Below the pieces are notes generated by a model, which saw only the letters and a program-made list of their open reading frames with translations, ran no database searches and was not told the origin of the DNA. Positions 1 to 7,521 of a DNA stretch of 24,000 nt are shown here, in pieces. Numbering within the stretch: position 1 is the stretch's first letter; each line of letters opens with the position of its first letter. Source of the DNA: Nitrososphaerota archaeon. GTDB lineage: Archaea; Thermoproteota; Nitrososphaeria_A; Caldarchaeales; Caldarchaeaceae. Where the stretch lies: positions 543,509 through 567,508 of the forward strand of contig JBEPYN010000002.1 in assembly GCA_041641305.1 (NCBI GenBank), given 5' to 3'. The position numbers were made by a program, and so were the translations under genes.

Positions 1-522
1 AGAATTGACGGCCAGCCGCCTGAGAAAATCGTAGAAGAAGGTGTGGCCCTTGCTTTGGCCGAGAAAGAGCTTTTCCCGCTGATGACTGTGCACGAAAACC
101 TGATCCTCGGCGCATTCAACAAACGGGCCCGCCAAAAGTTGGATGAAAGCCTCGAGATAGTTTACAGCATCTTCCCCAAGCTAAAGGAGAGAGCTTCCCA
201 GAAGGCCGGCACCATGAGCGGAGGGGAACAGCAGATGCTTGCAATAGGCAGAGCCCTGATGACAGACTCGAAGCTTCTTCTGCTGGATGAACCATCAACG
301 GGCTTGGCGCCACTGCTTGTGAAAACCATTTTCGACGCTTTGAGAAGGCTTATGGAGACAAAGAACGAGCTCTCCATCCTGCTTGTAGAGCAGCGGACCT
401 TGCAGGCCGCGCAGCTCAGCGACAGAGGCTACGTGTTGTCAAACGGCCGCATCGTGTATGAGGGCGACATCAAAGACGCCGTATCCTCAAAGGCTTTCCT
501 GAGAAAATACATGGGGATGTAG
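1..522 (+). CDS. livF: Branched-chain amino acid ABC transporter ATP-binding subunit (LivF-type); 5' end lies outside the window
   Basis: Frame 1 is open from nt 1 (RIDGQPPEKIVEEGVALALAEKELFP...), so the GTG at 43 is not the true start. It has the ABC signature MSGGEQQMLAIGRAL and Walker B LLLLDEPSTGLAP. The stop TAG at 520-522 abuts the ATG of the next permease gene. Confidence 0.85.
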   Translation, partial: RIDGQPPEKIVEEGVALALAEKELFPLMTVHENLILGAFNKRARQKLDESLEIVYSIFPKLKERASQKAGTMSGGEQQMLAIGRALMTDSKLLLLDEPSTGLAPLLVKTIFDALRRLMETKNELSILLVEQRTLQAAQLSDRGYVLSNGRIVYEGDIKDAVSSKAFLRKYMGM

Positions 523-1395
523 ATGGATGCATCTATAATCCCGTACCTTGTTGACGGCATAGTCTTCGGGCTTGTCCTTTCACTGATAGCGGCTGGGCTT
601 ACGCTGATATATGGCTTAGCGGGCGTGCTCAATCTGGCGCATGGAGAGCTTCTCGTGATAACAACTGTCACAGCAGCCGTTCTCTCACAGTCACTAGGTT
701 TACCACTTCCACTAGCGCTGCTCGCAGGCGTTGCAGCTACAGTGGCCGCCGCCGTTGTTCTCGACCGTGTAGTATTGAATCCTGTGTACAAGCTTGAGGG
801 GGAGGAGAGGGTGTTGCTCGGTCTCTACATAACTTTAGCCTTCTCGATTTTCCTGCACAGTGGGATAATCACCACTTTCCCACTTGCTTTTCTGACAGTG
901 AATCTGCCAACTCCAAACATAGAGCTAATCGGCTTATCGTTTAGAACGGCCCAGCTGGTAGCGGCTGTAATATCGGCTGCAATACTTCTCGGCATCTATC
1001 TTTTTCTGAAGAAAACGTGGAGCGGCAGGGCGATTCGCTCACTAACACAGAACGAGACAGGGGCCTTGCTGGTGGGTGTGAGCGTGAAAAAATATAGGCT
1101 GCTCGTGTTCATGATCGGAGCTGTTTTAGTCAGCATGGCCGGCATTGTTAGAAGCATCATTGCAACGGTGGCTCCCGAAAGTGGTCTCGAGTTCACCATA
1201 CTCGGCCTACTGGTGACAGTCATCGGCGGAATAAGAAGCGTCTCGGGAACAATAGCGGCCGGGCTCGTGATAGGTGTTGCATACACGTTTCTGGTGGTCG
1301 TCGTGGGAACCTACCTCGCATACGTCGCCCTGCTTATCCTCATCATGGCGCTGCTGCTTACAAGGCCCTATGGAATACTCGGTGAGAGATGGTGA
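523..1395 (+). CDS. livH: Branched-chain amino acid ABC transporter permease (LivH-type)
   Basis: A 290-aa polytopic hydrophobic protein with the LNLAHGELLVI motif typical of LivH/BraD permeases. Its ATG directly follows the livF stop, and it overlaps the next gene by 7 nt. Confidence 0.85.
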   Translation: MDASIIPYLVDGIVFGLVLSLIAAGLTLIYGLAGVLNLAHGELLVITTVTAAVLSQSLGLPLPLALLAGVAATVAAAVVLDRVVLNPVYKLEGEERVLLGLYITLAFSIFLHSGIITTFPLAFLTVNLPTPNIELIGLSFRTAQLVAAVISAAILLGIYLFLKKTWSGRAIRSLTQNETGALLVGVSVKKYRLLVFMIGAVLVSMAGIVRSIIATVAPESGLEFTILGLLVTVIGGIRSVSGTIAAGLVIGVAYTFLVVVVGTYLAYVALLILIMALLLTRPYGILGERW

Positions 1396-2357
1396 CTGAT
1401 AGATTCCTGAAAACCAGGTTGTATGTCCTAGCGGCGCTAGTAATAATATACATCGTGTTACCTCTTCCCTTCATCAACACGCCCTACGTGGTTTTCATAC
1501 TTGCGCAGATGACCTTCTTCACAGTATTCGCCTATAGCTTTAATTTCCTGTTCGGTTTCACGCGACAGCTCTTCCTCTGCGTCGGAGCCTTCGCAGGCAT
1601 AGGCGCATACATCACGGGGATAATGTTGAGGGATGGCTTAACCGGGCCAATCGAGGCTGTCGCTTTGTCAACGGTTGCAGTCGCCCTCATCGGCTGGGCT
1701 GTCAGCATTGTCTCCGTGAGACGCAGGCTCGTAGCAATCTTTACAGGAATTTTCACACTCGCCATCACACTCGTCTTCGGCAACCTCGTCACCGGTCTCG
1801 TGGAAGTAACTGGAGGAGAAACAGGCTTCAGGATAAGAGGAGTAAGCCTATTGTTTTTAGACACCATGCCATACTACATGAGATACTACTACATCGCTTT
1901 AGCTACGCTGCTGTCGGTCACTACAGTGGCTTTCTACCTCATCTATTACACGAAAACAGGCTACGCGTATAGATGCATTATAGACGATGAGCTGAGCGCG
2001 GAGCTGGTCGGCATAAACGTGCAGAGGGTTAAGACTTTGACGGCCTTGCTTGCATCAGCTTTGCTCGGTTTTTCCGGGGCGTTGTACGGCCTTTTCTCAC
2101 AGCTCATTTCACCATCCTATTACGCCTTTGGCTCCATAGACCTGCCCGTCCAAATAATAGTGATTCTCGGCGGCAGAACCTCTCTCCTCGGCCCGTACAT
2201 AGGCTCAGCCATAATAGCGGTCGTCAACGAGTCTCTAAGGTTTCTTGGACCACTTACCCAGCTCCTATATGGTCTGATTCTGATGCTTCTTCTCGCCTTC
2301 TTCCGAAATGGGATAGTTGACTTTGTGAAAAGAAAGGTTGCGCCGTGGTTCTATTAA
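1389..2357 (+). CDS. livM: Branched-chain amino acid ABC transporter permease (LivM-type)
   Basis: A 322-aa polytopic membrane protein. It is the second permease of the livF-livH-livM arrangement and overlaps livH (ATGGTGA). Confidence 0.8.
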   Translation: MVTDRFLKTRLYVLAALVIIYIVLPLPFINTPYVVFILAQMTFFTVFAYSFNFLFGFTRQLFLCVGAFAGIGAYITGIMLRDGLTGPIEAVALSTVAVALIGWAVSIVSVRRRLVAIFTGIFTLAITLVFGNLVTGLVEVTGGETGFRIRGVSLLFLDTMPYYMRYYYIALATLLSVTTVAFYLIYYTKTGYAYRCIIDDELSAELVGINVQRVKTLTALLASALLGFSGALYGLFSQLISPSYYAFGSIDLPVQIIVILGGRTSLLGPYIGSAIIAVVNESLRFLGPLTQLLYGLILMLLLAFFRNGIVDFVKRKVAPWFY

Positions 2358-2962
2358 CGGAGACCGTCCTCGCCCTTTACCTCCTCTTTACGTAGTCCAC
2401 CAATCCGTGGCAAAGGCCTCCCCGAGTCGGTTACAGCGGCAATCACAACTATTTCGTCGGGCAGAGGCGCGTCGGGAACACGTGCCTCGACAGCGTCATA
2501 GTGGCTTCTCACAAACGCAGCTCTCTTAAAGTGCAGGGGGACGTCGATTGCTGTGCCAGGGGCCCCTAGCTTAGCCGATGAAGGAATTATAGCTTTGCAT
2601 GCATCCTGTCCGCCGCATTCTTCCCGCAGTCCACGACCAAACTTAGGATGGAGAATAGCGTGGCCATGCTCAAGCTCTCCACCCAAACCGATTATCGCGG
2701 CTTTGCCGTAGCTCTCCACATCGGCTGGCGCAATTCCCAGCGCCTCCCGAGCCCTCTTCGCCAAAAATCCGCCCAAGAAATCTCCAGCATCTATGAGCAG
2801 CTGCAAATCCTCCACATATTTGCCGGCGTATGGGTTCTTGACCACAGCCGCGGCGGCGCTTTTTCTCACAGGCTTCTGCAAAACTTTCCCATTCTCCAGG
2901 AACACCTCATCAACATAGACAGCGACTTTACGTATAGCTACACCTGGTGCAGCCTCAAGCAT
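2354..2962 (-). CDS. Amino acid synthesis family protein (PF06684-like, function unknown)
   Basis: Sequence pattern VKNPYAGKYVEDL...LGGFLAKRAREALG recalled from the AA_synth family. The ATG at 2962 shares one base with the TGA of the upstream dehydrogenase (TGATG). An alternative GTG start lies at 2971. Confidence 0.6.
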   Translation of the reverse strand: MLEAAPGVAIRKVAVYVDEVFLENGKVLQKPVRKSAAAAVVKNPYAGKYVEDLQLLIDAGDFLGGFLAKRAREALGIAPADVESYGKAAIIGLGGELEHGHAILHPKFGRGLREECGGQDACKAIIPSSAKLGAPGTAIDVPLHFKRAAFVRSHYDAVEARVPDAPLPDEIVVIAAVTDSGRPLPRIGGLRKEEVKGEDGLR

Positions 2963-4404
2963 CACCACCACCTCGTCGTCACAATCTTGTGGTCTGTAAA
3001 GAATCTTATGGTGTCGACGCGGCTATGAGCTGTTCCGAAGAAGGATTGCTTCCTTCCACCGAGAGGAAAGTAGGCCATGGGCTGTGGGACACCTATGTTT
3101 ACACCCACGTTTCCAACGTTAACATCAAGCACAAACCTGCGTGCTGTGTTCGGGTTTGATGTGAAGATAGAGGCGGCGTTGCCGTAGGGAGTGTTTCTGT
3201 TTATCAGATCGATTGCCTCGTCCAAGCTCTCCGCATAAAGAACCGATACGACGGGGCCGAATATCTCCTCCTTTGCTAGTGGGGAGCTGGGAGACACGTC
3301 TGTGAAAACTGTTGGGCCCACGAAGTAGCCGTTCAAAGGCTTAAGCGGCTTGTTCTTCCTTCCGTCGACGAGAAGCCTCCCAAATTCTTCACCAAGCTCG
3401 ATATATTTCCAAACTCTCTCCAACCCAGCCCTTGAAGCCATCGGGCCCATCTCGGTCTCCTTATCCATGCCGTATCCAAGCCTAAGCATGGACTTGTCCC
3501 GCACCAAGTCGACAACCTTCTCACCCCCCTTTACCACGACAAGGTTGGAGCCGGCCAGACAACGTTGACCAGACATTCCGAAAAAGGATGACACAGCAGC
3601 ATCAGCGGCCTTGACAAAATCTGTGTCAGGCATTACAACAAGGTGGTTTTTGGCACCGGCGTTTATAGACGCGCGTTTCCCCTCTTTCGCGGCCAGCTCA
3701 TACAGAAACTTTCCTGTCTTCGTTGAACCTATGAAACCCACGCCCTGTATATCAGGATGTCTAGCCAGCTTCTCCGCAACTCTACCGTCACCGTGGACAA
3801 CCGACATTACACCCGCAGGAACACCGGCCTCCTTCACAATCCTGGCCACCTCGTTCGCGACAACAGGTGTCACCTCACTCGGCTTAAGCACAACAGTGGC
3901 GCCAAGGGCTATGGCGTAGGGCACGTATGAGGACCATGCGTGCAGCGGAATGTTGAAAGGAGTTATCACGGCAAAGCATCCAAGCGGCTCTCGGATAAGC
4001 TCCTGATCTATGTCTGGGGATATGTTGACCATTTTCTCGCCCTTAGCCAAGGTGTAGGCGAGCGCAGCCGCTGCCTCGACGTTTTCCAGACTCCGTTTAA
4101 CCTCTCCCACCGCCTCCGCATAGGTTCTTCCATGGTTGTCGACAAGTATTCTCGAAAGCAGCTCGGTATCCCTGTTCATCAGCTCACGGATCTTCAACAG
4201 GTAGGCGACCCTTTCCGAGGGTGTAGTTTTCCGAAACTTTTCAAAAGCGGCTACACCTGCCTCAACGGCTTTAGCAACCTCTTCCTCAGTGCTGACGGGG
4301 ACGTAGGCGATGTCTGTGTCAAAAGCAGGGTTCTTTACCGGAATCCTCTCAGAAGACTTCGACTCAACAAACTGCCCAGCAATGAAGTTAGGTAGTAAAC
4401 TCAT
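2962..4404 (-). CDS. mmsA: Aldehyde dehydrogenase, methylmalonate-semialdehyde dehydrogenase-like
   Basis: A 480-aa ALDH-fold protein with catalytic Cys context FFGMSGQRCLA and EEIFGPV. NAGAKNH replaces the usual ELGGK box, which is a hallmark of CoA-acylating MMSDH. Confidence 0.8.
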   Translation of the reverse strand: MSLLPNFIAGQFVESKSSERIPVKNPAFDTDIAYVPVSTEEEVAKAVEAGVAAFEKFRKTTPSERVAYLLKIRELMNRDTELLSRILVDNHGRTYAEAVGEVKRSLENVEAAAALAYTLAKGEKMVNISPDIDQELIREPLGCFAVITPFNIPLHAWSSYVPYAIALGATVVLKPSEVTPVVANEVARIVKEAGVPAGVMSVVHGDGRVAEKLARHPDIQGVGFIGSTKTGKFLYELAAKEGKRASINAGAKNHLVVMPDTDFVKAADAAVSSFFGMSGQRCLAGSNLVVVKGGEKVVDLVRDKSMLRLGYGMDKETEMGPMASRAGLERVWKYIELGEEFGRLLVDGRKNKPLKPLNGYFVGPTVFTDVSPSSPLAKEEIFGPVVSVLYAESLDEAIDLINRNTPYGNAASIFTSNPNTARRFVLDVNVGNVGVNIGVPQPMAYFPLGGRKQSFFGTAHSRVDTIRFFTDHKIVTTRWW

Positions 4405-4441
4405 GACTTTTTCCTCATATAGCGGTATTTTAAACGTGAAT

Positions 4442-4873
4442 CTACTTGCCTGAAATGAGGACGAGCGCTGTGAGGGCGAGGGCTACGCCGACAATCTGCC
4501 TAATGGTCAACACCTCTCCGAATAACAGGAAAGATAGAATCAGTGTGACAAGCGGGTACAGCGATGTGGCGACTACGACTATGGAGGATGGGTTCAGGTC
4601 TAGGGCCAGATAAAATGTCACGGCTCCGAGAAATCCCAGGGCCCCTGCGAGAAGTGCGGCCACCCAGGCCTGATTGGTCGGAGTTACATGAGCCCTCGAG
4701 CTGATTATGAACATCAGAGAGACTATCATGTGCCCTATGGCTGCGACCGCAGCATTGTCACGCCATCCAAGTGCCGATGCTCCCACACGTGCCACAACAC
4801 CCCAGACCCCCCAGATAAACAGCGTCAACAAAACCAACGCAACCCATCTAACCTCCATGGCGATAGATGGCAT
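4442..4873 (-). CDS. Small DMT/EamA-like membrane protein
   Basis: 143 aa with 4-5 predicted hydrophobic helices, the size and pattern of a single EamA domain. An alternative start lies at M6 (4858). The 5' coding end is G+T rich. Confidence 0.6.
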   Translation of the reverse strand: MPSIAMEVRWVALVLLTLFIWGVWGVVARVGASALGWRDNAAVAAIGHMIVSLMFIISSRAHVTPTNQAWVAALLAGALGFLGAVTFYLALDLNPSSIVVVATSLYPLVTLILSFLLFGEVLTIRQIVGVALALTALVLISGK

Positions 4874-4942
4874 ATCACCGGTTCATACCTTTTTCGGTGA
4901 AGAAGCTCAACAACTAAATCTCGGCAGAAAAACGGATAACCC

Positions 4943-5191
4943 ATGAACGTGAGAATAGTATACTGTGTTCCATGCGGCCATCTACCTAATGCTCTCGAGC
5001 TCGCTAAAGACCTTCTCAGCCGATACGGGCAAAGGCTCAACAAGAAATTCTCAGTCACTCTCGACACAAGCGACGGAGGAACCTTCGAAGTCTACATAGA
5101 AGGGGAGAAAATCTTCTCACGCCACGAGGCGCGGCGGTTCCCAACACCTGACGAAATCGCGGGGCAGATTGAAAAGAGGCTTAATGGTTGA
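4943..5191 (+). CDS. Rdx (SelW/SelT/SelH-like) thioredoxin-fold redox protein, Cys form
   Basis: 82 aa. The N-terminal IVYCVPCGH motif (CxxC) followed by GGTFEVYIEGEKIFSRHEARRFP matches the Rdx family pattern. A TAAAT-type element lies about 25-30 nt upstream. Confidence 0.7.
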   Translation: MNVRIVYCVPCGHLPNALELAKDLLSRYGQRLNKKFSVTLDTSDGGTFEVYIEGEKIFSRHEARRFPTPDEIAGQIEKRLNG

Positions 5192-5466
5192 ACCTTCGCC
5201 TAATAGTCTTCGTTGTCGCATGGTCTGCAGCGACCATAGCAGCCCTCACAATCGGACAGCTCTATGAATGGCCAGACAATGTACACATCCGCTATGGCAT
5301 ACCTCTGACCTATGCTGTTCACACCGTCGTCACGATATTGGGAGCTGCTGACCACTGGAGTGTGGACACAAACATTCTCGCCTTTGACTTGGCGATATGG
5401 ATGGCAGGCCTCGTGACCGGAGTAGCTCTGCTATCGAGGCAGAAGACAAGAGATGGACATACCTAG
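5188..5466 (+). CDS. Small hypothetical membrane protein
   Basis: 92-aa ORF with 2-3 hydrophobic segments. Its TTG start overlaps the Rdx stop (TTGA). No recognisable motif. Confidence 0.45.
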   Translation: MNLRLIVFVVAWSAATIAALTIGQLYEWPDNVHIRYGIPLTYAVHTVVTILGAADHWSVDTNILAFDLAIWMAGLVTGVALLSRQKTRDGHT

Positions 5467-5478
5467 CGTAGTGGTAGG

Positions 5479-5997
5479 TCATTTTACTATTTTGAGACGC
5501 GCTGGTGCTGGCGACCTCTCAGGCAATAGCCTTATTCCTTCGTGACGTAGAAGCCAAGCCTTAACGTTCTCGTCACCCCCGTAGCGTCCGATTGAGCCGT
5601 CGGATTTCACTACTCGGTGGCAAGGTATAATTATTGGAACAGGGTTGCGGGCGACCGCGTTTCCAACAGCTCTGTACGCTTTTGGACTGCCCACAGAAGC
5701 AGCCACGTCTCTATAGCTCCGCGTCTCCCCAAAAGGGATGGAGGCGACAACGTTCAACACCTTCCCCGCGAAACCAGAGACACGGAGGTCAATCGGTACA
5801 TTAAAGACCCGCCTTACACCCTCGAAATACTCCCCAAGCTGTCTCTTAACCAAACCATTAACCTCTCCAGCGCCGTCGCCAACTATGAAACCCTCTCTAA
5901 CGAGGCCCTTAACCAAAGCATTCAAACCCACACCCCACACCACCCTAAAAACACCACGCCTCGTAGAAGCAAAACAAACCAAACCAACAGGCGACAT
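5479..5997 (-). CDS. ogt: Methylated-DNA--protein-cysteine methyltransferase (O6-alkylguanine-DNA alkyltransferase)
   Basis: Active-site motif IIPCHRVV and YGGDENVKAWLLRHEG in the C-terminal domain. The start is set at the ATG at 5997 (MSPVGLV...). The ORF stays open to a TTG at 6054 only because the tract lacks A on this strand. Confidence 0.85.
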   Translation of the reverse strand: MSPVGLVCFASTRRGVFRVVWGVGLNALVKGLVREGFIVGDGAGEVNGLVKRQLGEYFEGVRRVFNVPIDLRVSGFAGKVLNVVASIPFGETRSYRDVAASVGSPKAYRAVGNAVARNPVPIIIPCHRVVKSDGSIGRYGGDENVKAWLLRHEGIRLLPERSPAPARLKIVK

Positions 5998-6054
5998 CAA
6001 ACAACCCACCGAAACAACCTCTCCCACAAAAACCACATAAACAAAACCAACCAA
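5923..6054 (-). other. Strand-asymmetric G+T-rich tract (C+A on + strand) covering the ogt 5' region
   Basis: By hand count, 15 of 132 positions on the + strand are not C or A. The sub-tract 6001-6054 has 4 of 54 and 5923-5960 has 2 of 38. Confidence 0.8.
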
Positions 6055-6249
6055 TATGCTTTAACCCAGCTCCATTTTTCCAAACAGATGCGTCGAAAAC
6101 ATGACTAAATTTTCCCGGTCCATTAACAAAATGAACCATAAGCATGCACAAAATAATTGAATTCGCGAGATTGTGGCTGGGCCGCTTGTTAGATGTTGCG
6201 GTTGAAACATTCTTATTAAACATCGTATACAACATATTGGGGTAACCCC

Positions 6250-7050
6250 ATGTCTTCAACCCCTTTAACCGACCTAATTTCTCTGAAAGGTAGAAAAGCG
6301 TTGGTTACTGGGGCTGCTTCAGGGATAGGGCGGTCGGTCTCTGAGAGGTTTGCAGAAGCCGGCGCCAGCCTAGTTCTTGTGGACATCAACGAGCCCGCCC
6401 TAACGAGCGTCGCCTCATTTATTAGAGATGGATATGGGGTTGAGGTTGAGGCGAAAAAAGTAGACCTGTCCAAGAAGAGGGAGATAGACGAGCTATGGTC
6501 CGGCTTGAAGGAGCGGGCTCCAGACATTCTGGTTAATAACGCGGGCATATACGAGTTCCGAGACTTCTTAGAAGTTGATGAGGATTTCCTTGAGAGAACC
6601 CTCGATGTGAACTTGAAGTCCGCGTTTTACATGTGCCAGCACATGTTTAGGACGCGTGGTGATAGGGGTGGTGTGATAGTAAACGTCAGCTCCATCGAGG
6701 CCGTCCTCCATCTCGTCAAAGGCCTGACCCACTACGGCGTGAGCAAAATTGGCCTCGTCGCACTGACCAGGGCTCTGGCACGTGAATATGGAGGAAAGGG
6801 CTTCAGGGTCAACGCCGTTATGCCCGGAGGAATTCATACACCCGGCACAGATAAGGTCAGGAACGAAGCCCTCAAAAGACTCCAGCTCGGATTCTTCATC
6901 ACAGGTATGAATTTCATATCCAGAATACCCTTGAAAAGGCTGGGAGAACCAGACGAAGTGGCAAGGGCTATACTTTTCCTAGCCTCAGACCTATCAAGCT
7001 ACGTGAACGGTGCAGTACTAGTCGTAGACGGCGGATACCTAACAGACTGA
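6250..7050 (+). CDS. Short-chain dehydrogenase/reductase (SDR) family oxidoreductase
   Basis: Has TGAASGIGRS (TGxxxGxG), NNAG, the catalytic YGVSKIGLVALTRALA (YxxxK) and PGGIHTP. TTATTAAA at 6213-6220 lies about 33 nt upstream of the ATG. Confidence 0.85.
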   Translation: MSSTPLTDLISLKGRKALVTGAASGIGRSVSERFAEAGASLVLVDINEPALTSVASFIRDGYGVEVEAKKVDLSKKREIDELWSGLKERAPDILVNNAGIYEFRDFLEVDEDFLERTLDVNLKSAFYMCQHMFRTRGDRGGVIVNVSSIEAVLHLVKGLTHYGVSKIGLVALTRALAREYGGKGFRVNAVMPGGIHTPGTDKVRNEALKRLQLGFFITGMNFISRIPLKRLGEPDEVARAILFLASDLSSYVNGAVLVVDGGYLTD

Positions 7051-7080
7051 GAACCTCTCGACCATGGGCCGATGTATCAG

Positions 7081-7140
7081 TCTGGGAAAAACTAGGCTTC
7101 GCACACCAGAGATATGAGGGTTCAAACCCCTTCCCACCAG
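7081..7140 (+). pseudogene. tRNA-like 3' remnant (anticodon-stem 3' strand, variable loop, T arm, acceptor 3' strand)
   Basis: CCAGA-GATAT-GAGGG-TTCAAAC-CCCTT-CCCACCA-G has the exact spacing of tRNA positions 39-73 with a TTCAAAC T-loop. TCTGG at 7081-7085 can pair with CCAGA. There is no matching 5' acceptor strand (TGGTGGG) and no D arm upstream. A T6 run lies at 7158-7163. Confidence 0.5.
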
Positions 7141-7521
7141 AAAAATATTCTTATGTGTTTTTTCGGCATGGTTTAGTGTTTGAGTATCTTGTTTGCATCT
7201 AATGCGTGCGATAGAAGAAATATGCCGCAAGGAGAAAATTTCAGAGGAAATTATCACGTCTCTAACTCGGAGTTTCCGTGATGAATACTAGTGCCATCGG
7301 CATCTTGGACCAACCATCCCTCCTAGACAACCCTTCAAAGCTATTGTTGACAGTGCATGTAGTGTGTGCGTATTGGGTGGTTGTGCTTAGGTCTTACACT
7401 CCGCCTAATTCCTTAACGGCACAACAAAGGCCAAAGGTATACCCAAAAACTCACAAAAATCTATTGAGAGCTAAAGGATTTATGTCTGTGCTTCTATTGT
7501 AACTTAAATGCGGTGTGGTAG

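Noticed and set aside
5617-6259. ORFs 5617-6108 (+), 5738-6040 (+) and 5945-6259 (-) around ogt
   Set aside because: The + strand tract lacks T, and the - strand tract lacks A. Stop codons are therefore absent and frames stay open by composition alone. The products are low-complexity T/P/K/N/H strings.
7062-7140. Attempt to read a complete tRNA ending at 7140
   Set aside because: The candidate 5' acceptor CCATGGG pairs at only 4 of 7 positions. Only 12 nt are available where about 19 nt of the U8-D arm-26 region are needed, and no anticodon loop with U33 can be drawn.
7279-7340. GTGATGA C-box-like motif, as a possible C/D box sRNA
   Set aside because: There is no CTGA D box or C'/D' pair at the expected 50-70 nt spacing downstream.
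7278-7502. 74-aa GTG-start ORF in the island's left non-coding flank (also 7039-7257 on the - strand)
   Set aside because: There is no motif, the composition is odd and no promoter or RBS logic is visible. It is more likely non-coding leader or decayed sequence.
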